Of a stretch of 64,000 nt of DNA, positions 26,010 to 36,407 are shown piece after piece. How positions within the stretch are numbered: the first letter of the stretch is position 1; the number at the start of each line of letters is the position of its first letter. Origin of the DNA: Chiloscyllium plagiosum. Lineage: Eukaryota. Position numbers and translations under genes: made by a program. Below the pieces are notes generated by a model, which saw only the letters and a program-made list of their open reading frames with translations, ran no database searches and was not told the DNA's origin. The stretch spans positions 19,688,117-19,752,116 of the forward strand of contig NC_057750.1 in assembly GCF_004010195.1 (NCBI RefSeq). The letters run 5' to 3'.

Positions 26010-28980
26010 AAAGTACAAAGAACAAGGAAAGTTTACAGCCCAGAAACAGACCCTTCAGCCCTCCAAGCTTGTGCTGATCCAAATCTACTGTCTAAACCTA
26101 TTGCCCAATTCCTAAGTATCTCTCTTTCTTTGCTCCCCAACTACTCATGCATCCGTTTAGCCACACCTTAAATGAATCTAATACCTCTGCTGGCAATGCG
26201 TTTCAGGCACCCACACCCACTGTGTAAAGTACTTTTCCCATGTATCCCCCTTAAACTTTTCACCTCTCACCTTGAATGCATGACCTCTTGCTATTGAATC
26301 CATCACCCTGGGAAAAAGCTTGTTTGTATTTACCCTGTCTATACCCTTCATGATTTTGTAGTTCTCAATCAGCTGCCCCTTCAATCTCCTTTTTTGTAAT
26401 GAAAACAATTCTAACCTACTCAAGCTCTCTTCATAGCTGGCACTTTCCAATCCAGGCAACATCCTCATAAACCTTCTCTGCACCCTCTCCAAAGCATCCA
26501 CATCATTTAGGTAATGTTTCCAAACCAAAGTCTCGTTCAATTTTAACATAACCTGCCAGTTCTTATACTCAATACCCCGTCCGATGAAGGCAAACATATC
26601 ATTAGCCTTCTTGACCACTCTATCCACTGTGCAGCCACCTTCAGGAAACAATGGATCTGAATGTCCAGATTCTCTTCTCATCAACTTTTCCCAAGGATTT
26701 TCCATTTACAGTACAGTTTGCTCTAGAATTAGATCTTCCAAAATACGTCACCTCCTGTTTGCCCAGATTGAACTCCACCTGCCACTTCTCTGCCTAACTC
26801 TCCAATCTATCTATATTCTTCTCTATGCTTTGACAGTCCCCTATGCTTTTTGCTACTCCAACAACCTTCCAGACATCTTCAAACTTACTGATCAGACCAC
26901 CAATGCCCTCTTCCAGATCATTTATATATATCACAAACAACAGTAGCCCCAGCTTTGATCCCTTGGAACACCACTGGTCACCTTCCTCTATTTCAAGAAA
27001 CTCCCTTCAACTCTGTCTCCTGTAACTCAACCAGTTCTTTGTCCACCTAGCTAGAACACACTCCACACCATGTGACTTCATTCTCTCCATTAGTTTATCA
27101 TGGCGAACTAAGGTCCATGTATATGACATCTACAGCCCTTCCTTCATCTATAATCTCAGTCACTTCCTCAAAAGAACTCTACGAAATTGATAAGGTACGA
27201 TCTCTATGGCACAAAACCATGTTGCCTATCTCTGATAATATAATTCCTTTCCAAATATAAATAGATCCTATCCCTCAGTACCTTCCCCCAGCAACTTTCC
27301 CACCACTGACATCAAGCTCACTGGTCTGAAGTTACCTGAAATATCCCTGCTACCCTTCTGATCAGGAGGACAACATGAGCAACCCTCCAGTCCTTCGGCA
27401 CCTCACCTGTGTCTAAGGACGCTACAAAGATATCCGTCAAGGCCCCAGCTATCTCCTCTATTGCCTCCCTCAGCAATCTGGGATAGATCTCATTGGTCAT
27501 GGGGATTTCTCCACCTTAATATCCTTTAGCCTATCCAACACATCTTCCCTCCTTATGTCAGTGTGATCAGAGAAAATAAACTTCTATCTCTAATCTCAAC
27601 ATTCATCATGTCCCTCTCCTCAGTGAACACTGATGCAAAGTAATCATTGAGAATCTCACCCATTTTCTCGGGTTCGACATACAGCCTTCCTTCCTTCCTT
27701 ATCCTTTAGTGGACTAACCCTTTCTCTAGTTACCCTCTTGCTTCTTATATATGAGTAAAAGGCCTTGGGATTCTCCTTATTTATGCTCACCAAACTTATT
27801 TCATGACCCCTTTTAGCCCGCTTGATTTCGCATTTAAGACTGGTCCTACTCTCCCGATATTCCTCTAAAGCCCGTTCTGTTCTTAGCTGCCTGGACCTTA
27901 TGTACTCTTCCCTTTTCCTCTTGGCTAGTTGCACAATTTATCGTTCATCCACAGTTCATGAATCTTGCCTTTTCTATCCTTTGTTTTCAAAGTGACCTGC
28001 CTTTCCTGCACTATTTTCAACCTATGTTTGAAAGCCTCCCACATATCAATTGTGGACTTCCCTTCTAATTGCTGCCCCATCCACATTTCCCAGCTCCTGA
28101 CTAATTTTGATACAATTGGCCTTGGCCCAGTTTAGTATTCTTCTCTTAGGACCACTCATCTTTATTTATTAGTATTCTAAAACTTACATAACTAGGGTCA
28201 TTATTCCCAAAAGAATCCTCACTGCAACTTCTACCACCTGGGCTGGCTCGTTCCCCAACATCAGGTCCAATATGGCCCCTTCCCTCGTCGGACTATTGAC
28301 ATACTGCTCTAGAAAAGTTTCCTGAATTCTCCTTATAAATTTTGCCCAATCCATAACTCTGACACTGCTAGAGAGCATCTCAGTCAATGTTGGGAAAATT
28401 AAAATCTCCCATCACCACCACCCTGTTGCCTCTACATCTTTCCATTTACCTATTTGTTCTTCTACCTCAAGCTCACTGTTGGAAAGCCTGTAATAAAGCC
28501 GCAATAATGTAACTGCACTCTTCTTATTTCTCACTCCCATCCATAATGCCTCACTATTCAAACCTTCCATAGTGTCCTTTTTTAGCAAAGTTCTGATATC
28601 ATCCATGATCAGCATTGCAACTCCCCCCCCCCCCCCCCCCCCCCCGCCTTTTACTGCCTTCCCTGTCCTGTCTGAAGCATCTATATCCTGGAACATTTAA
28701 TTATCAATCATGCCCTTTCTTCAACCAAGTCTCTGTGATCACAACAATGTCATCCTCCAAGGCATCAATCCAAGCCCTAAGTTCATCTGCTTTACCCACT
28801 GTAATCCTTGCATTAAAGCATATGTACTTCAGGCCACCAGTTCTTTTGCATTCATCTGCTCTTTGCCTACTCTTCCCCTTGGTAATGCTAACTTTGTGGT
28901 CCTTACAGCCTCTCCAGTTTCCAGCTCACTGTCTACTAGTCTTGTCTTCTGGTTCCCAGCCCCTTGCCCCATGAGTTTAA
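26010..28980 (-). mobile_element. CR1 LINE ORF2 remnant (endonuclease + RT, internally deleted)
   Basis: GGGVAMLI, PTREGAILDL, KENPKAFYSY, GEVPKDWR, LERVQRRF motifs with stops and frameshifts. Confidence 0.9.
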
Positions 28981-28989
28981 AGGGGGCAA

Positions 28990-29460
28990 TTGATCAAGAC
29001 TGCGAACTTTACTCAGAGATTACAATTAAAATGCAGACAGGCTAAAATAAAGGAAAGGAATTTGCTTACATGTAACTACTGAAATACTTAACAAAATCAT
29101 GAACTACTCATTAAATGTTCGAATATATTTACATACCATAAACACACTTGCAAAGACAAATTCAGTAATTTCAATTGTCTCACATGTATGTCTAGCAGCA
29201 GGAAGACAACCCCAGATTTTAGCTGTGATAGAGAGAGGAACAAGAGCTTCCACATCCAGCTTCCGTATCCAAGCAACAGCTACTAAAGGCCTGGTTCTGT
29301 GGGACCTTTGCCCTACACATTCAAGCTGCTTTGATTTTTCCAACTTTAAACTAAAAACCCAAGGTCTCATAAGTTGTTTATTTTATTGACTTTGAGCAGA
29401 CTATTTTACATCTCTGTGTCAACCATTCTGCATAAAAATATCCAGGACAAAACACATCAC
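28990..29460 (-). mobile_element. LTR remnant related to 34543-34857
   Basis: Shared blocks tctagcagcaggaa...ttttagctg...agagagaggaa.aagagcttcc and end acatcac; left boundary uncertain. Confidence 0.6.
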
Positions 29461-29461
29461 T

Positions 29462-31160
29462 AATAGATCCATATTTTTCCAAATGTAAGTAAATCTTATC
29501 CCTAAGACTCTTCTCCAATAATTTCCCACTACTGACACAAGGCTCAGCGCGCTGTAACTTTTTGGATTATCCCTGTTGCCCTTCTTAAATAAAAAAACAT
29601 TAAACTGATTATTCTCCTGTTCCCCAGGGATCTCTGTTGTGACTAAACAGAATACAAGAATTTCATACAAGGCCCCAGCAATTTCCTCACCTGCCACCTT
29701 CAGCATGTCGAGATAGAATCCATCAGGTCCTGATAATGTGTTTACCTTCATGCGTTTTAAAACACTCAAAATCTCCTCCTTTTTCATATTGACATGCCCC
29801 AGAAGATCAACAAATCCCTACTGAGACTTGCCATCCACCATATCCTCCTGCTTTGTGAATAACAACACACTGGTTACAAAGGCCCAACAAAATCTCTTGT
29901 TCCCCAGGCACCTGAGGAAATTTAGCATGGCGGCAAGTACATTTATAGGTGCATCATCAAGAGCATTCTGACTGAATGTATCACAACCTGTTTTAGCAAC
30001 TGTACCATTCAATGCCAGAGACATTTACAGAGAGTAGTGAACTCAGCCCAGATAATCACAAAGTCCAACCTCCCATCTATAGAATCCATCGACCAGGCCT
30101 GCTGTCAAGGAAAGGCCACCAGCATTCTTAAATACATCCCTCCCTGGCAATATTTTCTACTACTTCTACCATTGGGGAGAAGGTTCAAAAACCGGGACAC
30201 ACACATCAGCCGGTTTCGTAACAGTTTTTACTCTACTGTTGTTAGAATACTGAATGGACTTTCAAACTTTAACATTCGCCTTAATGTTTTTTTATGTTTT
30301 TGCTGCTATTTACTATTTACAATCTATACTACTTAACTATGTGATCTGCCTGTATCTTGGAACACGTGAAAATAAGTTCAATTCAATTCAAGTACTCAGT
30401 AAGAACCTTACCTAATTCTTTTGGCTTCATGCATAAATGATCTCCTTTGCTCTTGAGGGGACCTACTCTAACCCCTTGCTCTAATACTCATGCTCCTTAT
30501 GTATGAAATGTCTTGGGATTTTCTTTATCCTGTTTGCCAAGCATGTTTTCTGGCCCCTTTCATCCCACCTAATTCCTTTGAGTTCTATCTTGTTTCCTTT
30601 GTATTCGTAATGGGCTCTTTGATTCATCTGACAATTTATCTTATGTCAAAGGTTCCCAGTCTTATCATTCATCAGAACTTGCTGGTCCAGAACTCCATTC
30701 AACTGGACTTTAAAAGATTCCCATTTGCTGGATTTACCTTCAAACAGCTGCCCTCAGTTTCTTCCTAATATTTTAGTAATTAGTCTTCCCCCAATTTAAT
30801 GCTTTCACCCAAGGACTAATCTTATCCTTATCCACTTAACATTTACAGAATGAGGGTTTCTGTTCCCAAAATGCTCCTCCACTGAAATTTCCATCATGTG
30901 ACCCATCTCATTCTCCACACCGCCCTTCCCTATTTGGAATTTACATATATTGTTTTTTAAAAAAAACTGTCCTGAATATACCAAACATATTCTGCCCCAT
31001 CCGAACACCAGATGCTAAGCGAGTCCCAATAAATATGGGGAAAGTTAAAGTCACCCACCAGAACAATCCTGTCATCACATTTTTTTCCAAAATCTGTCCA
31101 CATATCTGTTCCTCTATCATCAGCTTGCTATTGAGAGCTGGATCCCATTAAAGTGACTGA
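29462..31160 (-). mobile_element. Degenerate CR1 fragments with a nested plus-strand non-LTR RT 3' end (~29860-30390)
   Basis: GPDGFY, LFKKGNRDNP on minus; KAQQ.L..R.LRKF, LPLGRR, RFRNSFY on plus with (TTCAA)n tail. Confidence 0.6.
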
Positions 31161-33591
31161 GCACTTCCTGTTCTTGAGCTCGAAACATACAGCCTTTGGT
31201 TATGGTTCCTGTGAATTTAATCCTTGCGCCTCCACAGTATTGTTCCTCCAAATCTCCCTCAAGGTATCTTGGCAACTTCATGTAGCCGGCAGTTCCCTAT
31301 CATCCAATCGGGAAGGGTGGGGCTGGGAGGATACTGGCATAGGAAGTTGGGTAAGGAGGGGATAGAAAGTTATGACGTGTAGAGATATTGTTCGAACAAA
31401 ACATAGGGCACAGGAACAGATCCTTCAACTCTGCCCTGACACACGATGCCTTTCTAAACTAGAAACCTCTACGTGGTCTGTATCCCTCATTCCTTGCCTA
31501 TTCATACCTGTGTCACACTGACTCTTAAAAGTAACTGTTGCATCCACCTCCTGGACCTTCTGAACTAACACATTCCAGCACTTACCAGCCTGAGTCCTTT
31601 TTTAAGTCTTTGCCTCTCACATTTCCTTTAAACTTACTCCTTTTACCTTAAACTTATGACCACAAGTAAATAACATTTCTATCCTGAGGATAGATTTCCG
31701 ACAATGTGCAAGCAGGCCCTATGGCCCAACACCAACCCTCCAAAGAGTAACCCACCAAAACCCCTTTACTCTCTAATTAACAATTTAAGCATAGCTACCT
31801 CAACTACCCTCTACGTCCTTGGACTATGGGCAGAAACCAGAGCATACCCATGCAGACACGAGGTGAATGTGCAAACCCGACGCAGTTACCCGGGGTTGGA
31901 ATCGAACCCGGGAGCCTGGTGCTGTGAGACAACAGTGCTAACTATTGAGCCACCGTACCGCATGTGCATCAGTTTTGTAAACTTCTATCAGAACACCCTT
32001 CGTCCTCCGATGCTGTAAAACCCCCCAAACTAGACAAAAGTCTCTACATCCTTCTTGATAGTATGATAGTGTTGAGGGTGAATACGAAATTGAATAAAGA
32101 TAAAGCTCTCAAACGCCAAGAAAGGTTGAACAGGTTCGTATCTGTTGAAAAGCAGGAAGCTGTTGAAAACGGGATTCAATAGTCTAGGCTCTGGGGAATT
32201 TCTCAAGGGCACGACAGTCTCAACAAATAAATCTGAACGGAAAGTCAGGAGAAACTTTTTTTTTGCCGAGATAGAATTTGCAATTCGCAGATATACCGAA
32301 TGGATTCCGAACAATGCACTGAAAATTAGGCAATTGATAGAAAATGGTGGGGAAATTAATGGAGCTCGAAAGACATCAGTGAAAAGACACCAGGAGGATT
32401 TTTCGTTATTTTTCTATTGGTGCAATAGAGGGCGCTTCAGCACCATGAAGTGCACCTGGGGCTAGTATAGGAACAGAGACCAAATTGTCCCTCAAGCTCG
32501 CGCTGGCAATCAAATGGACAGAATGGAGCAATGCATAAATTCAGTCTATTTACCTCAAGTTTACACACTGACCCGATTAAAGTATATTAATCTGCGTCTT
32601 GAACTGACCAACAGCTCTGCCCACGTTTTGTGGAGAGAGTAAATCCCAGATTGCTGAAAAAAGGAACTCTCAGTGAAGGCAAATAAATCCTCCTTAAATT
32701 CTCCAAGTCAGTTAATCTCTCGACTTGCGTAGCCACGAGAGAGTAAAGTAACTTGTTTTGACTTTAACCGTTTAACATAGAAAGATCATCGACAGGAACA
32801 GAGTAAGCTATTCACATCTTCGAGCCTAATCTGCCATTCCATATGATCACTGATGGTCCTCTGTTTCAACACCAAATTCCTTCTTTTCCCCCCAAAACCC
32901 TGACCGCATTAGAATTAAAAATAGACTATTTTTCGCTTGAATATATTCAGTGACTCGGCCACCACAGCCTTCCGTAGCGGAGAATTCCACAAGTTCAATA
33001 AGTGAAGACATCTCTTAGATAAAAATGAGATGATCCAGGGAAACGAGAGCCCATATACTTGGGAGAAGACCAGGAGTTCCCCGACATCAGCCCGAGGGTC
33101 AAACAATACTTTTATTAGCAAAGAATTCCATTCCCAAGGCTTCGGGCACGATCCAAAACCGCTGTTCCGGCCCTTTCATTGTACAGAAGTGTTTCGGGAT
33201 CGGTGAGGTGTTCTCATCTGTCACAGTTGGATACGTTCTTAATCTAATGTAAATGCTGCTTCTTTACAAATTCAACAAAATATCAACAATTGCTACAAAT
33301 TGGCGACTACCAATATCAGGCAACAGTGTTCACGAATCCCACAAAGCAACAGAATCTCACGTTGAGCTGTACCTGCCAATGTTTTGTCCACTATCTCTTC
33401 CCTTCGCACACCTCCTGTTCACCGACGCTCCATTAGCAACAAGAAACAGAGAGACGGGCCTTTCAGTCCTAGGGGGAGGGGCATGTGCACACCCAAGTTA
33501 TTTCCTGAATCCTTCATTGATTCTATCATTGATTTGAAAGCAGCTGGTTCCAGTTCCAGACAAGCTTGGACTCTGTTCGCGTTCATACAGA

Positions 33592-33634
33592 AAGAAGATA
33601 TATCTTTCACTGAGCCTCATGAAGTTATTGCCAT
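33592..33634 (+). pseudogene. Leader exon of V segment 1; probable start codon loss (AAG in place of ATG)
   Basis: Reads KKIYLSLSLMKLLP + phase-1 donor GTAAGT, 115 bp upstream of V exon. Confidence 0.6.
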
Positions 33635-33749
33635 GTAAGTGATTGTTCATCCAATAATGTGAGGGAACAGCCATCATTTGTGCTTTATTCATTTCCTTTC
33701 TCCTTCTCGGTAACAATTGCTCTGTTTGCTGACCTTTTCCCTTTCTCTG

Positions 33750-34045
33750 ACGTGAAGACAGCGAGAGTTGATCAGACTCCCAGCAGCATCTCCAGATCCC
33801 TCGGCAAGGCAGTGGAGTTGAGGTGCACGGTGAAGGGTGAGAGTAGCGGTAACATGTTCTGCTCCAGACAATACCCGGGAAAGGAGCTGCAGCTGATGTT
33901 TTATTCTGCAGCTGCAGGAAATGTGAATGAAGAAGGAGCGGCGGACGGTTTCACGGCCACACGACCGAGTGGCTCTGACTTTAAACTGGAGTCTCGCAAC
34001 CTGCAGGCGCATCACTCGGCTGTTTATTACTGTGCCTGGAGTATT
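33750..34045 (+). pseudogene. T-cell receptor beta-type V segment 1 (TRBV30-like), open frame but defective (ORF/pseudogene)
   Basis: ARVDQTP...VELRCTVKG...RQYPGKELQLMFYS...FTATRP...SAVYYCAWS; Cys23 (33824) and Cys104 (34031) present; conserved Trp is TGC (33860); expected acceptor reads TG at 33748-33749. Confidence 0.88.
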
Positions 34046-34084
34046 CACAGTGACTCAGAGAGATGGAGCAGCTCTACGAAAACC
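34046..34084 (+). other. 23-bp-spacer recombination signal sequence
   Basis: CACAGTG (34046-34052) + exactly 23 nt + ACGAAAACC (one mismatch to ACAAAAACC). Confidence 0.95.
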
Positions 34085-34542
34085 CCAAAGACAGCAGGAA
34101 GCAGCTGTCAACGACATCGCTCATACTTTCGTCTGTTGAGGACAGCCCTAAGTCCCACCACTCTTCCCTCCCCATTTAGAGTGACGAGACAAATGTACAG
34201 CTGGAGATATTTAAAAAGCAATAACATCACAGCAATGATACCAGAGCGGAGGGATTTTCACTTTGGAAAGAACTGAACGACGTTGACGAACATTTTGCTG
34301 TATCTGACTGCTTCCTGAAAACGCATTTTTTTTGTCTGAACATGTATCTGTTTCAGATAATTCTATCGGTTCATTATGTTCTGTGTGAAGAAATTTCCCT
34401 TCTTTCTCAGTCCTAAGAGACCTACCCTGTATCATTAACTGTGACCCCTGGTTCTGGACTTCCTGGTCATCGGAAACATACTTCCTGCGTTTAGTTGAGC
34501 CAAATCCTGTTGCTATTGTGTAGATTTCTATGAGATCCCCCG

Positions 34543-35220
34543 GTTATGGACCAGATACATTGCCTGATATGTAATTCTAGCAGCAGGAACATAACCCAAG
34601 TTTTAGCTGCAACAGAGAGAGGAATAAGAGCTTCCATTTTTAAGATCCCTGCAAATGCCATAAGTTAAATGTACAAATCCTGGTTCTATGGGAGCATGAT
34701 CCTGCCCACCTAGATTGCTTCTATTGAGCCAACATTAAACAAAAGGCCCAAGACCTCACTATCTGTTTACTTCATTGACTTCGAACAGACCGGTCTTCAT
34801 CTCTGCCTTAAACTTCTTCATAAAAAAGCAAGACAAGCAAGCCAGAGCATCATCACATATCACCCCTTAAAAATGAACAATCAATACACAAAGATGACTT
34901 TATTTTTCATTACCCTTAGCTTAATGTTATTCAGAAACTACAATATATTATATTGACTCTAAGCATGCAAACATCCAGTACCACAGTGCATCTCAGTCCA
35001 TTTTTCCTGCCCTCACCTCAGTCACGACAATGCATTGGCAGTATTGTTCTCTCTGCCTGGTTTGTGTATAAGTTTCAAATTGAATTTTTGCCATACTAAG
35101 CTCCATTCTAAACAGTTTGGATTTTTTATCACTTTTTGCCCAAATCTGGAATGATCAGTACATACAATTGTCTCATACACGTTACTGGCAATATAAATAT
35201 TGAAATTTCGCAAACTCAAA
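34543..35220 (-). mobile_element. 3' end of a Gmr1-like Gypsy element: RNase H end, PPT, 3' LTR (34543-34857)
   Basis: Minus ORF 35022-35219 has IVCTDH...WSL..QKFNLKLIHKPGRENNTANALS then stop, with no integrase after it; purine tract then TGTGATG. Confidence 0.75.
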
Positions 35221-35340
35221 CTGAGGTGGTATCAGGAATAAATTTGAAATGAAATGCAGAGATACCCTTTGAGTTCATCCACACAAATATTGTGGATAAG
35301 AAGTAGTCATTGTCTGTCTACTTTACATACCTGGCATACC

Positions 35341-35469
35341 ATTCCTGAAGAAGGGCTTAAGCCCGAAATATCGATTCTTCTGCTCCTTGGATGCTGCCTG
35401 ACCGGCTGTGATTTTCCAGCACCACACTCTCGACTCTGATCTCCAGCATCTGCAGTCCTCACTTTCTCC
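35341..35469 (+). mobile_element. Short Penelope-derived hammerhead-plus-tail element
   Basis: ATTC-CTGAAGA-AGGGC-TTAA-GCCC-GAAAT-ATC then same tail as 56916-57043. Confidence 0.7.
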
Positions 35470-35720
35470 CATTGTGTTTACTTGTCAGTGCACTTGTGAC
35501 TAATTAGAAATCCAGACGTGATTGCTTGCATCTTCATTAACACCGACTGAGGAGGAATTTCACAGAAACAAGCACATCAATTCTGATTGGATAGAATGAG
35601 GAAGATGGCGTGGACAAATCTTCTTCATTTCTTTCTGATCGCCAAGATGATTCAACAGAAAGCGGCGTCTCATTACAAGATCCCAAACTCTAGTGCTCAA
35701 CTCATCACTTAACAAAGAGG

Positions 35721-36003
35721 CGGCACGGTGGCGCAATGGTTAGCACTGTTGCCTCAGTGCCAGAAACACGGGTTCAATTCCCGCCTCAGGCAACTGACTG
35801 TGTGGAGTTTGCACGCTTTCGCCGGGTGCTCCGGTTTCCTCCCCCAATCAAAAAACGTGTAGGTTAGGTGAATTGGCCATACTAAATTGCCCGCAGTGTT
35901 AGGTGAAGCGGTAAATGTAGGGGAATGGTCTGGGTGGGTTGCACTTCGGCGAATCGGTGTGGATTGTTGGGCCCAAGGGCCTGTTTCCACACTGTAAGTA
36001 ATC
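35721..36003 (+). mobile_element. tRNA-derived SINE (HE1-like)
   Basis: gcggcacggtggcgcaatggttagc A box, gggttcaattccc B box, tail cactgtaagtaatct. Confidence 0.85.
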
Positions 36004-36025
36004 TTAAAAAAAATGCAGAAGCAAG

Positions 36026-36407
36026 ATGCACCTGTTACTGGGCGTTATGATCATCTTTTGCTGTTAGACGCTTTACATACGACATTTTCTGTTGTTTAGC
36101 TTTCATTTCTCTCTTGCTTTTTGTCTTTCTTTCATACTCCCACATCCCTTTCGATTTTTCGACGTTGACCAGGATGCTCCGATTTACAGGTTTTCTTTAT
36201 TCCAGGTGCCGACTCACAGACTCTCCGTCAGACTCCCGCAGCTGTCTCCAGCAATCCTCGGGGCAGGGAGTAGAACTGAAGTACAGTGTGCTGGGCACCA
36301 GCGATCCTTACATTTACTGGTACAATAAACAAGCAGGAAAGATCCGCAGCTGATGTTTCACTCCCTTATTGCACAGTCAGTGATTCCAAACCAGCGCGTG
36401 GAAGTTT
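36026..36407 (+). pseudogene. TRBV30-like V segment 2 pseudogene (leader 36026-36062, V exon from 36206), 3'-truncated
   Basis: MHLLLGVMIIFC / ADSQTLRQTP...GQGVELKYSVLGTSDPYIYWY...PQLMFHS; Cys23->Tyr, two frameshifts, weak donor GTTAGA; no YYC or RSS. Confidence 0.8.

Noticed and set aside
33750-34045. Calling V1 an IgNAR or IgH V gene
   Set aside because: Has full CDR2 region and CAWS end typical of TRBV; no nearby D-J-C cluster as expected for shark Ig loci.
33659-34276. 205-aa single-exon ORF over V1
   Set aside because: Starts at GTG in the leader intron and reads through the RSS; only 33750-34045 is V sequence.
35721-35800. tRNA gene
   Set aside because: A/B boxes belong to a multi-copy SINE head; no complete cloverleaf evident.
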